Positions 17,007 through 26,681 of a stretch of 48,194 nt of DNA are shown here, one piece after another. Source of the stretch: a virus. Its lineage: Duplodnaviria > Caudoviricetes. The position numbers and the translations under genes were made by a program. The stretch is from positions 1-48,194 of IMG/VR virus record IMGVR_UViG_3300022917_000014. One strand, given 5' to 3'. Below the pieces are notes generated by a model. That model searched no databases. It was not told the origin of the DNA and worked only from the letters and a program-made list of their open reading frames with translations. The first letter of the stretch is position 1. Each line of letters begins with the position of its first letter.

Positions 17007-17550
17007 AAGGGTATGTTTTTTTAATGAGTGATTGAAACCTGGCCAAATCCCTGCGGCGTATGTACCACATAAATGATTTATTGCCGCCAGGGTATTGCCT
17101 GTCAAACCGGCGCAGGTTACGCTTTACTGCCCACAATACCCTGCGGTCCAGTTTGTAATTCCAATCCCATTTTATTGTAATCGGAAAACTGTGCAGTGCC
17201 TTAGTCAACTCGGCCGTTGCCTTCCTAACAATATCCAACTCAATGTTGATACGATGGATTGAGCTTATTAAACGGGTCTGCACTTCTGGCCACATCATTT
17301 GAGTAAATAGCAGCCTTTTGTCGAACTCGGGGTCGCCTCCCTTACCGTGTTCATAGACGGGTAAAAGTGCCGGGTCAAGGTCTGCCGGCGGCTCCGGCAT
17401 AGGTTGTCTGGTGCCCCATATTAGCCCGTCGTCGGTCTCGTAGTAAGCCAGGCATGGTACGTTATTAACCAACATTTGCACCGGTTGGATGCCCATTTCC
17501 TGTAGGTGCATGTACAGCGGGTTGTCTTTGGTGAAGAACCTTACAATCAT
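16948..17550 (-). CDS. Hypothetical protein
   Basis: 200 aa; ATGA coupling. Confidence 0.55.
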   Translation of the reverse strand: MIVRFFTKDNPLYMHLQEMGIQPVQMLVNNVPCLAYYETDDGLIWGTRQPMPEPPADLDPALLPVYEHGKGGDPEFDKRLLFTQMMWPEVQTRLISSIHRINIELDIVRKATAELTKALHSFPITIKWDWNYKLDRRVLWAVKRNLRRFDRQYPGGNKSFMWYIRRRDLARFQSLIKKTYPYGCGADIKTGGVPTGCGQR

Positions 17551-18338
17551 GGCGTTGGGTTTTTAGGTTCCTCATAGACAATATATTCGCCGCGCTCGAA
17601 ACCTGCTATTGAATGTGCCAGGTTCCAATCGTCCTCACTATACCGGTGGCCGTGTGCGTTCACCATATCCACGGCAAGTAAGTTTTTGTTTTCCCATACA
17701 GATATAACTGTGCATATCACGCCCGGCATGTGACGGGATATAAATTTCAGCCCGGCCTGTATCTTCGGCCCGTTCTTACCCAGTGCAGCAGCGTAAGGTG
17801 TACCCTGGGCAGCCATTAATGCGTCGGCCTTCCTCTTATAGTGTTCCGGTGGCGAGTCAACCAATCCGGTTAGAACCCGTAGGCCGGCGTCCAGATTTTG
17901 GGGCAGCCTGGTTGATGCTGCAGCCCACACGTCTGTCTGATTTGCCTGTCTCTTTACCAGCCATCCCTGGCCGTCATACTGGCAAAATACCGGCACTGCA
18001 CCATAAATCCGGCACCATGCCACAGTAAAGTCTGACCCAATAAAAAAGAACCCATTTTCGTCCAGCGTGTCAGGTTGTTTTGCTGCCTGCAGGGCATCGT
18101 GGGTTATTACTTCGACATTGAAAAACTGTTCTGTTTCGTCCAGCATTTCCTGTAACTCCCTGGCTGCTGCGTCTTCGTTGGTCACGTCCATATCATCCCG
18201 CTGGTAGATGAGTAATTGCGCCCATGCGGCGAAAAAACAACGTTTCATTTCGCGCTGCTGGTCTGCGGGCATAGTAGCCTCGTCCAGCTTCACATGCTTT
18301 AAATAGTCTTTCCACTGTTGTAATACGATTTTTGACAT
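17547..18338 (-). CDS. Hypothetical protein
   Basis: 263 aa ORF. Confidence 0.65.
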   Translation of the reverse strand: MSKIVLQQWKDYLKHVKLDEATMPADQQREMKRCFFAAWAQLLIYQRDDMDVTNEDAAARELQEMLDETEQFFNVEVITHDALQAAKQPDTLDENGFFFIGSDFTVAWCRIYGAVPVFCQYDGQGWLVKRQANQTDVWAAASTRLPQNLDAGLRVLTGLVDSPPEHYKRKADALMAAQGTPYAAALGKNGPKIQAGLKFISRHMPGVICTVISVWENKNLLAVDMVNAHGHRYSEDDWNLAHSIAGFERGEYIVYEEPKNPTP

Positions 18339-18359
18339 AACGCTTTGCTTTATTGGTGA

Positions 18360-18590
18360 TTAGAAAAAGATCATCCTATCCCTGTAGGGTGGACAAGGGG
18401 AAATATAGTAGTGTAATTCCTTTTTTTGGGCAATACTCCATACATCACTCATCTTGACGGCGATTACATAGCCTTCAAGTGTCTGCAGGCGTACGTGGGT
18501 AGTGCAGCGCATGAAGTCCTCGACGAACTTTTTCCCCTGCAATTCAACCACTATCTTTCTGTTGGGGTATTTGCTTGATAATGATTTCAT
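18360..18590 (-). CDS. Hypothetical protein
   Basis: 76 aa ORF. Confidence 0.55.
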   Translation of the reverse strand: MKSLSSKYPNRKIVVELQGKKFVEDFMRCTTHVRLQTLEGYVIAVKMSDVWSIAQKKELHYYISPCPPYRDRMIFF

Positions 18591-18592
18591 GG

Positions 18593-18997
18593 CTAAAATT
18601 CTACGTCGGGGCGGTTAAAAAGTGTATTTCCGTTCATGAACGGCCACTGTTCAGGTGTGAGGGGCTGGCCTGGTTGTGGTACACTCACCGGCTCCCCGCA
18701 CTCCGGGCACTTACTGTCTGCCTCCGCAATCTCGCCCAATGGTGCCACATAGCCACACTTGTCACATTTGACTATGCCAGACGATGCGGTAATGGGTTCC
18801 AGTTCCTCCGCGCGCGCGCCCACGCCATCATCGTTAAAAAAACGGTTCCGCTTACGGGTGACCTGTCCCTTGAACTTGCGAAAAACCGCCCGCTTATCCA
18901 CTACTTTGAATGGTTTCCCGGCAAGGTGTGCCCGGACTGGGTTGTCACTACCTACGAACAGGTAAGTTTCCCCGATTACAATGTCGTTTTGCTTCAT
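18593..18997 (-). CDS. Hypothetical protein with zinc ribbon
   Basis: CDKCG...CPECG. Confidence 0.6.
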   Translation of the reverse strand: MKQNDIVIGETYLFVGSDNPVRAHLAGKPFKVVDKRAVFRKFKGQVTRKRNRFFNDDGVGARAEELEPITASSGIVKCDKCGYVAPLGEIAEADSKCPECGEPVSVPQPGQPLTPEQWPFMNGNTLFNRPDVEF

Positions 18998-19015
18998 ATC
19001 CTAATTTTTGTAATT

Positions 19016-19267
19016 TTAGGAGTTAATGGGAGGCTTTGCCCAATCGCCGATTATCTTGTCTATTTCCATCCGCCGGGTGCGCCATGTCTTTTCCAGCCGT
19101 TTCATTTCCCGCTGCATTACCGGTTGCGTCTGTGCAGTCGCTTTGCCCAGTGCTTTGGTCTGCTGTACCTGTATATGCCCGCGTACGGTTTGCCAGTTGT
19201 TCAGACACTTATCGTCCAGTGCCCTGCCTTCCGGGGCTTCACCCCCGCAAATGATGCAATTAGCCAT
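19016..19267 (-). CDS. Hypothetical protein
   Basis: 83 aa; CIIC at the N-terminus. Confidence 0.55.
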   Translation of the reverse strand: MANCIICGGEAPEGRALDDKCLNNWQTVRGHIQVQQTKALGKATAQTQPVMQREMKRLEKTWRTRRMEIDKIIGDWAKPPINS

Positions 19268-19283
19268 AAAAGTCTTTTTAAGT

Positions 19284-19469
19284 TTAAAAAAATACGTCTT
19301 CCAGCGTGTCCCATCGCCACATCATGTTAACGTTCTTTGAATTGATCGGCCAATCGGGATTAAAGCCCGGTGGTAGTGGCTGTGGCTTCATAAGAGCCTC
19401 AAAACGGGCCTTAATGTCGTCGGCCATAGGTTTAACTGGGTATTGCTTACCCTTCCCTTTTTTTGGCAT
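19284..19469 (-). CDS. Hypothetical protein
   Basis: MPKKGKG... ORF filling the operon gap. Confidence 0.5.
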   Translation of the reverse strand: MPKKGKGKQYPVKPMADDIKARFEALMKPQPLPPGFNPDWPINSKNVNMMWRWDTLEDVFF

Positions 19470-19800
19470 TGTAATCGTTTTGGCGTGGTAAATCGTCGGG
19501 GTCAATGAACTTGCCAGGGTTGCTGCGTTGATGGTTCAGGGCATCACCGGTAGCCATCACGCGACGCGCTTGCTTACCGGCCTGCTTTATCCTGATCTTT
19601 ACGGCAATATTCCAAAAGAAATACTTTACCCTGTCCATAACACTGAACGCTTTGCCAATGCCCGCACCAATGATGTAAACCACTTCAAACAGGTACGGGG
19701 TCCACACTTCCCACCATGTTATGCCTGGCCCTGTACCACTCATTTTAAAGTACAAAAACAGTAAGAACAGACCGTCAAAAATGCTAAATGTTTTCCTCAT
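19447..19800 (-). CDS. Small membrane protein
   Basis: Hydrophobic N-terminus with a K..G....WWEVW.P motif; first gene after the promoter at 19817. Confidence 0.6.
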   Translation of the reverse strand: MRKTFSIFDGLFLLFLYFKMSGTGPGITWWEVWTPYLFEVVYIIGAGIGKAFSVMDRVKYFFWNIAVKIRIKQAGKQARRVMATGDALNHQRSNPGKFIDPDDLPRQNDYNAKKREG

Positions 19801-19848
19801 TATTTCATTATTTTTTCAAATATACTACCTTTTTATTTCCTAAAAAAG

Positions 19849-19878
19849 AAAAAAGCCAACGTAAAAACGTCGGCTTTT
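19849..19878. terminator. Intrinsic (bidirectional-type) terminator
   Basis: AAAAGCCAACGT-AAAA-ACGTCGGCTTTT flanked by A/T runs. Confidence 0.8.
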
Positions 19879-19920
19879 GATTGGTAACCCCTTACCAACC
19901 CGTTAAATTCTTAGCCGAAA

Positions 19921-20112
19921 TTAGAACAAACTTTTTTGTTCTGACTCTGCCAATGCCGCAGTAGTAGCAGCATCGACCAGCTTTTCCAGGTCCCGGGCTT
20001 GCCTGTACCAATTAACTGCGACTGCTTCTAACTTCGCCCGGCGGGCCTTAAAATACTCTGTCTGAGCTTCTCGCATGGCCTTCACCAGCTTTGCATACTC
20101 TTTAATGTCCAT
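19921..20112 (-). CDS. Hypothetical protein
   Basis: MDIKEYAKLVKAMREAQTEYF...LEKLVD, a short helical protein. Confidence 0.6.
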   Translation of the reverse strand: MDIKEYAKLVKAMREAQTEYFKARRAKLEAVAVNWYRQARDLEKLVDAATTAALAESEQKSLF

Positions 20113-20123
20113 ACTGTAACGAT

Positions 20124-20600
20124 TTAAAAAATGTGAGTAATTAAAGTCTTTTCCACCTCGGTGAGCTGTCGCCACATCTGTGATCCCTTCCAGGGGAATG
20201 GCTTTATCGGTGTCACCTGGTCATATTCATGAACGAATAAAAAACGGTCATAGTCCACGTACGCCTGCGGCTCATCCTCTTTGATCATGGGCCTGCAGTC
20301 AATGAGGCGACCCACGCCGATTGCATGGGCCAGTGGCAGGTTGTGCTGCTTTTTGGCCAGCCCTTGAATGCCCAGGGCCGCCAGTACACGGTTGTACTGG
20401 GTCATGCTGCTAAACTTTGAAAGTTCCAGCAGGTTGTAAGGGGTAATGCTGGCGCAAATAAGCACGTAACCCCTGTAGTTCGTGTTCCAGGTTCTCGTCT
20501 CAAACCGTTTACCGTTCAGCATCATTGATGCGTAAGGCTGGCGCCACGATAGGGCGCGTATCTCGTTTTCTGTCTTGACAATATCGTCGATGATGTTCAT
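20124..20600 (-). CDS. ASCH-domain protein
   Basis: ALSWRQPYA...GKRFETRTW.T.YRG.VLICAS matches the ASCH signature. Confidence 0.85.
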   Translation of the reverse strand: MNIIDDIVKTENEIRALSWRQPYASMMLNGKRFETRTWNTNYRGYVLICASITPYNLLELSKFSSMTQYNRVLAALGIQGLAKKQHNLPLAHAIGVGRLIDCRPMIKEDEPQAYVDYDRFLFVHEYDQVTPIKPFPWKGSQMWRQLTEVEKTLITHIF

Positions 20601-20602
20601 GG

Positions 20603-21070
20603 TTATAAAAAGATTTTTTTGTGACGTTCCAGGGCTTCCTGTACGTTGATCTTGTTTGCTCTAATAAGGAAGGCCAGCACGTCAGCAGACGCAGCCGCCC
20701 CTATCCTGTAAATACGCATATTGTCGGGATAAAAGACCGGGTAACTTTCCCGTTCTATGGCCCTGGCGTTCTGGAACTCCTTATCAGTAAATAAATCTGG
20801 CTTTGGCCATTGGTTACCGATCATCGCGTCCAATTCAGGCTTAGTCCATGCCGGCACCATGTCTTCGCTAATATCGTCGACGGTAGCAAATGGCATCATG
20901 CCCACCTGCCATACTAATTTAGGGCTTCCGTCGGCGTTGTTTGGTTCCGCCAGGCTTTCCTCCCTGCTGTACCAGAACAGGGCCGGCTGACCCATCATGC
21001 CCAGGGTCAGCAAGTCCTCGCATTGGGATGGTAGTGCTACCAACTTCTGTATTTTGTCTTGCATTTTCAA
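20603..21070 (-). CDS. Hypothetical protein
   Basis: 155 aa ORF. Confidence 0.6.
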   Translation of the reverse strand: MKMQDKIQKLVALPSQCEDLLTLGMMGQPALFWYSREESLAEPNNADGSPKLVWQVGMMPFATVDDISEDMVPAWTKPELDAMIGNQWPKPDLFTDKEFQNARAIERESYPVFYPDNMRIYRIGAAASADVLAFLIRANKINVQEALERHKKIFL

Positions 21071-21305
21071 TGAAGGTTTTTAGATCGTCAATTGACCGGT
21101 AGGCATTGACAAAAAGTGTGTTGAAAGGGTTGCCCCAGTGTGCTATCATGCGGGCGACCTGAGTGTCGACGTATTGTTCCAGGTTGATAACTGTAGCCCA
21201 GGACTTAATCTTGAAAGGGACCGCCGGCGGTGGCACATCCTCAAACCAGCCGATGAGTACCTGGGTCTTTTTCTGCAGGTGTTCCACCTTTTCTGCCTTT
21301 GTCAT
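20919..21305 (-). CDS. Hypothetical protein
   Basis: 128 aa; ATGA coupling; C-terminus overlaps the next gene. Confidence 0.55.
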   Translation of the reverse strand: MTKAEKVEHLQKKTQVLIGWFEDVPPPAVPFKIKSWATVINLEQYVDTQVARMIAHWGNPFNTLFVNAYRSIDDLKTFIENARQNTEVGSTTIPMRGLADPGHDGSAGPVLVQQGGKPGGTKQRRRKP

Positions 21306-21733
21306 GCCCCTGCAGGTACAAAATAAGCCGGCACCTTCCGCCGTTCCGCCGGTGCGATCTCGTCATAGAATAGGGCCACCCGTTCCTTAAGCATTGGGAA
21401 AACTTTCATTGCCTTGACGAACTTAGCACCCCTGTTGTCGTAGTCTGTGTGGCAATCACCGCACCCAAACCACCGGTTTAATGGATGCGTAGCTACACTG
21501 GGGCAACCATTCGTGGGTGATTTCGGGATGATGTGGGCAACTATTGCAGCCGGATTTATGGCTATTGTGCCCGCCAGTGGCTTACCGCATTCCTCGCAGC
21601 ACTTTGGTGCCTGCTTAATCTGATCGACGAAAAAACGGCCCTTTGCGGCCTTCTGCTCACGCTTCACCTTTTCAGGGGTGGTACCTTTGAGTTTGAGTTG
21701 TTGGCGTTGCTGCCAGTATGGTAATTCTGCCAT
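21302..21733 (-). CDS. HNH-like zinc-binding nuclease (NinG/Ref-like)
   Basis: CEECG...AHIIPK...N...CGDCH..YD; TAATG coupling. Confidence 0.6.
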   Translation of the reverse strand: MAELPYWQQRQQLKLKGTTPEKVKREQKAAKGRFFVDQIKQAPKCCEECGKPLAGTIAINPAAIVAHIIPKSPTNGCPSVATHPLNRWFGCGDCHTDYDNRGAKFVKAMKVFPMLKERVALFYDEIAPAERRKVPAYFVPAGA

Positions 21734-22488
21734 TATTTTTTGCCGTTTCCGTAGCCCAGTAGTCGGCGCACTACCTCTTTGGTGTTTGTTGTAAATCCCT
21801 GTTTGAGCATCCAATTGCCAAACCCTGGGTTGTCCCGTACGGTTTTTCCCTTGTCCTTTCCGAAACCATACACCGCCACCCCGTCCTTATTCAGAACGAT
21901 CTTTCCGGCAATATCGATCCGCTTTTCCTCACCCTCGCAGAACTCGTGCAGCTTCTCTATGTCCATCACCTGCAGGTCGCCGTATTTGGCAATCATGGCC
22001 AGCAGCACCTCGTCAGTGGCATTAATATCGCCTTCTGCGTCGTGCGCTTCCTCATGTTCTCTGCCCAGGTAGTGCTTAACTGCACCCGAAAGTGTACGGG
22101 GCTCCTTTGCATAGAATATTTTCAATACATCGACAACACGGGTACCTGGTGCTGGCCATTCAATACCGACGCGTGCAAATTCTTCAGCCAATAGGGGGTT
22201 GTCGTAATTGATGATATTGAAACCGGCAAGATCGCAGCCCTCAAAGTAGGTAAATAGGCTTTTTGATACTTGTTTGAACGTTGGCGCGTTGGCCACCATT
22301 TCGTCGGTGATCTTATGGACCTCCGTGGCATCTGCAGGTATCGGAATGCCGGGATTGATCAACATTTTTTTAGCCGGTTCCATTGGTAGGAAAAGGTTGT
22401 CCAGCTTCCTGCAGGCGATTTGCACGATACGGGCGCTGTCCACCTCGACCCCTGTAGTTTCCAGGTCAAACATTACAATAGGCTTCAT
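21733..22488 (-). CDS. DEDDh 3'-5' exonuclease (DNA pol III epsilon-like)
   Basis: FDLETTG, GFN...YD and HDAEGD motifs. Confidence 0.9.
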   Translation of the reverse strand: MKPIVMFDLETTGVEVDSARIVQIACRKLDNLFLPMEPAKKMLINPGIPIPADATEVHKITDEMVANAPTFKQVSKSLFTYFEGCDLAGFNIINYDNPLLAEEFARVGIEWPAPGTRVVDVLKIFYAKEPRTLSGAVKHYLGREHEEAHDAEGDINATDEVLLAMIAKYGDLQVMDIEKLHEFCEGEEKRIDIAGKIVLNKDGVAVYGFGKDKGKTVRDNPGFGNWMLKQGFTTNTKEVVRRLLGYGNGKK

Positions 22489-22613
22489 TGATGAGTGTTG
22501 AATGGTATCACGCTGGCCGACCCGGCAGCCGTCGACCTTCTGCGTGGTTACTGTTTACGGGGGTGTAACCTCCACCCGCTGCCGTTGCTGTCATGTGCCC
22601 GTGCGGGCTGCTG

Positions 22614-23420
22614 TTAATCTTGTTCAGGAACTACTATTTCCCCGCCTGGTGCCTCAGCAGACTGTGCCACTTTCTTACGGGTGCCGCCTTTGGCTTTGTT
22701 CTTTGGGGGAGGGTTTTCGTTCGTTTCCTTTGCCACCTTGTCCTCGTCTGGTGTCCCCATTGCGGCCACCCGCATCATGGCATCGGGGTCAGCTTCAGGG
22801 AGTTTGCCACCTTTTTCTGGCTTATCCACAGCATCCACCCATATCTCATTCGTACCGTCCCCTGTTTGCGTGAACAACGGTTTTTCTTCAGGTGCTAAAA
22901 CAACTGCTTTAGTGACTACCACATCAGCAGCGAATGGAAGTTCGCCCGGCTTGCTGGCACCGCGCTTCGTGCCTTTCATAAACAGGTTGATTTCATCGCG
23001 CAGGGTTTCCAGGGCCTCGTCCAGTTCGTCCATGAATTGGTAGCGGGTAGCGTCCTGTTCCTCAAACCGGTAAAAAGGGGTGTTAAGGATAACCGCCTTT
23101 TTGTTCCACAGGATTCTGTGGCCGGATAACACAATACCCTCTTTTTCCTCGTCACCCCCCAGGCTGAACGATGTAATTTTAAAGCCTTCCACCTGTTCGG
23201 GCTTAGGCTTCCAAATGTTCTTAACATCACCCGGCTTAACATACCCGGTCATAACGGCCAAATGAATCGCCAGGGCCTCCCATGCGATTGTGAGGTCTGC
23301 ATGCGGGATTGCCGGGCATTTCTCCCACTTTGGCACCTTAAGGTTATCCTTTTCGGTCTCAATGAAGTGGATTTCCATGCCTGCATCTTTAACAATTTTC
23401 GCTTTGGTAATTGAAATCAT
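22614..23420 (-). CDS. Hypothetical protein
   Basis: 268 aa; globular N-terminal part and disordered tail. Confidence 0.7.
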   Translation of the reverse strand: MISITKAKIVKDAGMEIHFIETEKDNLKVPKWEKCPAIPHADLTIAWEALAIHLAVMTGYVKPGDVKNIWKPKPEQVEGFKITSFSLGGDEEKEGIVLSGHRILWNKKAVILNTPFYRFEEQDATRYQFMDELDEALETLRDEINLFMKGTKRGASKPGELPFAADVVVTKAVVLAPEEKPLFTQTGDGTNEIWVDAVDKPEKGGKLPEADPDAMMRVAAMGTPDEDKVAKETNENPPPKNKAKGGTRKKVAQSAEAPGGEIVVPEQD

Positions 23421-23422
23421 TA

Positions 23423-23779
23423 CTATTGATTTTTGGTTCTTAAATGCTCTGGTAAACTGTCAGTTATAAGCTGCTTTGACTTGCCATACTTCACCAGGTA
23501 GCGGGCAAGGTCTTCGTTCATACCTTCCAGATTTGTCGCCCTGTCAATCACCTGCCGCAACTTCTTAAGGTGATCCACTTTTACCTGTTCGGTTTCCTCA
23601 ATCAGGTATTTGGTTCCTGGGTGGATCGGCTTTCCTTTCAGGTCCTTGCGGATATTGTAGGTATTGATCAGGGTACTGCCTTCCACTTCCTTCGTGTAGT
23701 TGCGGGGCTCTGTCAGTTGCTTAAGTAAGGGTAGGAGGCCGTCGATAATCTCCTGCCTGTGCTGTTTACTTATTTTCAT
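23423..23779 (-). CDS. Hypothetical protein
   Basis: MKISKQ..., 118 aa. Confidence 0.6.
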   Translation of the reverse strand: MKISKQHRQEIIDGLLPLLKQLTEPRNYTKEVEGSTLINTYNIRKDLKGKPIHPGTKYLIEETEQVKVDHLKKLRQVIDRATNLEGMNEDLARYLVKYGKSKQLITDSLPEHLRTKNQ

Positions 23780-24137
23780 CGCCGCCAGTTTTAAGGTTAC
23801 CCTGTTCGTCAACGTGCAGGGATGGTGCCGACACTCCGCCACCGATGACCAGGCCGAAAACCATACCCATGCCAAACCGGTGCGCCACCTGCATAACGAC
23901 CTGCTTAAACTCCGGTATTCTTGTGCAATAGTCAATTAGCTGCTGTTCAATTGTGCAAGGGCAACCATTGATGGCACCAGTAAAGTTGATAAGCTCCGAC
24001 CCGTCAGGGTTGGGTTCACTTCTCGCGCAATAATTCAGGATAAACGCATCGTGTGCGGCATCACCCGAAAGGTCCATCTGCATCAGCAGGTCCTTTGCCT
24101 GCATAGCAATTTCTCGGTTTCGTTCCTGTTGTGTCAT
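23766..24137 (-). CDS. Hypothetical protein
   Basis: 123 aa ORF. Confidence 0.6.
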   Translation of the reverse strand: MTQQERNREIAMQAKDLLMQMDLSGDAAHDAFILNYCARSEPNPDGSELINFTGAINGCPCTIEQQLIDYCTRIPEFKQVVMQVAHRFGMGMVFGLVIGGGVSAPSLHVDEQGNLKTGGDENK

Positions 24138-24184
24138 GGTGTAAGTTTAAGGCCGGACCGTAGATGGCCCGGCCGGTAATGAAA

Positions 24185-25705
24185 TTACTTAATTGCTGCC
24201 AGTGAAGCAATGGCACATTTGATCAATTCGTCGATGCCACGGGCCAATGTTGCGGCAATAGGTAGCACCTTATCGCTGGTAATATGCGGATTAGTGTCGT
24301 TTGCTGCCTGCAATCTGGTCAGGAACTCCTTAAGTCTATCAGCGTCGGAAAGTGCGCCCTGGCGGTCTTTTTCTGCCTGCGCATCTTTTTCCTTTTTGAT
24401 GGTGTTTTCTTCCGCGCACTTCTCAATATGGGCAGTAGTCCGGTCGTCGATGAGCTTCATCCACATTTCATCAGGGGCGCCGTTAACTTGCTCATACGTA
24501 AGGGTCAGCATTTCAATCTCGGGGTATGCGTATGCCTTGAAAAAGCCAGCATTACCCCGCTTCATGCCAAACCGTTCGGTTAGCATAGTCTCGCGCTGCA
24601 GGGTGCGTGCCTTAAGGTCGTCGGCCTCCTTTTGCTCCTTTTTGCGCTGTTCTTCCTTCCGGTCTTCCTCGTCCTGGCGTTCCTTGTCTTTGATGGCCTG
24701 GCCTTCCTTCATGTTTTTGACCTTGCTTTCAATATCGGCGTACTCCTTATCCCACAGATCATCCCCCAAACCTTCCACGGTGCCGACTGGCAACGTGATA
24801 CGGCCCATATCGAACGTGCCGAACTGCCAGACAAAACTGCTATAGTTATAGCTCATGCCCAATGCCTCCAATGTCTTCGCGCGCAGGTTAGTGCGGGTCT
24901 TCAACATAGCATCCTCGCGGTCTTTTTGCTCTTTTTCCTTCCGGTCCATTTCGTCCTGGCGTTCCTTCAGCTTGCGCTCCTGTTCTTCCTGCTGCTGGCG
25001 CTGTAGTTCCAGTCTGTCCTTTTCGTCCTGTTCCTTTCGTTCCTGTTCTGCTTTTGCTTCAAGAATGCGGGCGTTTTCAGACCTTACCCGAACCATCAGG
25101 CCGTCGAAATCATCGTCTTTCATGTCCTTGACCGTGGCAATATCCAGGCTGATCACCTCGCCAATAGTGTAGTATGAACCGTTAAAAGTGATGCCGTTGT
25201 CGATGAGGCTCTGCACCCGCGCATCTGTTTTAGCCTGCAGGGCACGTTCTGCCTCGCGCTTCTTTTCCTCTTTGGCGTTGTCAATCTCATTCATACGGTC
25301 CTTTAGCGGTCCCTCAATTTCTTCCAGCAGTTCAGTAAACTCATTTTTTGCCCCGTCAATTTTTCGGGTAATCACAAGGTAATCCGCCTTTAATTCCTTG
25401 TGCTTACCGGCTACTGCCAGTCGCTTATTACGGATTTCTCGCCATGCCGTTTCCACCTTACTATAACCTTCTTTGTCCTCAATTCCAGCAATGGTTAACG
25501 CCAGATACTTCTTTTTCCTTGTGGCTATCCACTGCTTTGACAAGTTATAAGCCTGTATTTCTTTTTCAGCCTTTTGGTCGGCGGTCATAATTTCCAATGG
25601 ACCGGTAACCACTTCGGCCTCAACGTCGACCGTAGTAGGTTCCACGGGAAACGGAATAGGTTCGACGACTGTTTTTTCTGCTTTGGCTTTGACTGTTTTT
25701 GCCAT
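24185..25705 (-). CDS. Long coiled-coil protein (DUF1351-like N-terminal region)
   Basis: 506 aa, E/K/R-rich helices; near the recombination/replication genes. Confidence 0.6.
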   Translation of the reverse strand: MAKTVKAKAEKTVVEPIPFPVEPTTVDVEAEVVTGPLEIMTADQKAEKEIQAYNLSKQWIATRKKKYLALTIAGIEDKEGYSKVETAWREIRNKRLAVAGKHKELKADYLVITRKIDGAKNEFTELLEEIEGPLKDRMNEIDNAKEEKKREAERALQAKTDARVQSLIDNGITFNGSYYTIGEVISLDIATVKDMKDDDFDGLMVRVRSENARILEAKAEQERKEQDEKDRLELQRQQQEEQERKLKERQDEMDRKEKEQKDREDAMLKTRTNLRAKTLEALGMSYNYSSFVWQFGTFDMGRITLPVGTVEGLGDDLWDKEYADIESKVKNMKEGQAIKDKERQDEEDRKEEQRKKEQKEADDLKARTLQRETMLTERFGMKRGNAGFFKAYAYPEIEMLTLTYEQVNGAPDEMWMKLIDDRTTAHIEKCAEENTIKKEKDAQAEKDRQGALSDADRLKEFLTRLQAANDTNPHITSDKVLPIAATLARGIDELIKCAIASLAAIK

Positions 25706-25775
25706 AGTTCTATGATTTATTGTTGATGAATAAGAAAAGCAAATATAATAAATAGGAAAAGAAAAAGAAATAAAA

Positions 25776-26279
25776 CTATACTATTTTGGAAATAAAGGCC
25801 GCTAATATCTTCGCCACCTGCCTGGGTGTTAGCCCGCGCGCCTGCATATCCACCTGACCGTGGGAGGCAAAAAACACCAACGAACCCGGCGCTATGCCAC
25901 TGTCAAAAGCAATGGTTTCACGTATGGATACTGCCATGCCCTTGATCTGTTGATCTGCAGTAAACCCTTGTACGTGACTATCCAGGCCCTTTAATGGCAG
26001 CTTACCGTCCGGCTGATTGATGGCACGGTCGAAGTTAAAAAGCGGCGCCTGTGCCCCTGCAGGGCCTTTGTAGCGGCCTCTTTTCTTCGCGGGTCGTTTG
26101 TTGACCTGTTTGTATGGCTTTTTTGTGAATTTAACCGCCCCAATCACATGTCGGCGCTGTCGAATAGCGTCGGGGTTCCGGCACATCTGTGTGGCTATGG
26201 CTGTGTCTTTCCAGCCAGCAGCAAATAAGTTTCGCAGGTTATTGTCCTGTTCCTGCGTCCAGGGCTTTGGCTTTGCCAT
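25776..26279 (-). CDS. Putative HTH DNA-binding protein
   Basis: WTQEQD..L..L...G.....IA..M.R...AI..R Myb/GcrA-like N-terminus. Confidence 0.55.
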   Translation of the reverse strand: MAKPKPWTQEQDNNLRNLFAAGWKDTAIATQMCRNPDAIRQRRHVIGAVKFTKKPYKQVNKRPAKKRGRYKGPAGAQAPLFNFDRAINQPDGKLPLKGLDSHVQGFTADQQIKGMAVSIRETIAFDSGIAPGSLVFFASHGQVDMQARGLTPRQVAKILAAFISKIV

Positions 26280-26297
26280 TGGTAACGATTTTTTGAG

Positions 26298-26681
26298 TTA
26301 TGCGATAATGACGAGAATATCATGGATTGCGTACATAAGGGCCTTTTTCATGCGGAACACGGGCAGGTTTTCGGTCGCCGCTCCCTTCACGTCAATCACC
26401 TGCACCGTGCCATCCGGTAGGGTGATCACAAAGTCGGCTTCATAGTCGCAGATATGTACCCCGTTCACGTCCAGCTTGTAAACCTTATGGACCTCAATGC
26501 TGGTGATTTCCCCACACTTTTGGCGCAGCTTTAATGTCCCGTAGTATTTGGCCTCCTTTGTGCTGTCGAACTTCTTACCGTCCACCGCGACCGCTTTCGC
26601 TCCGTATTTGTTACCCTTTTTTTTGGCCTGGTTAGCCTGGTACTGTCGGAACTGTTCGGGGGTCCATCTTGCGTCATCCAT
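26298..26681 (-). CDS. DUF1064-family PD-(D/E)xK endonuclease
   Basis: NKYGAK..VDG.KFDS.KEA..Y...YEADF...DVKG. Confidence 0.85.
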   Translation of the reverse strand: MDDARWTPEQFRQYQANQAKKKGNKYGAKAVAVDGKKFDSTKEAKYYGTLKLRQKCGEITSIEVHKVYKLDVNGVHICDYEADFVITLPDGTVQVIDVKGAATENLPVFRMKKALMYAIHDILVIIA

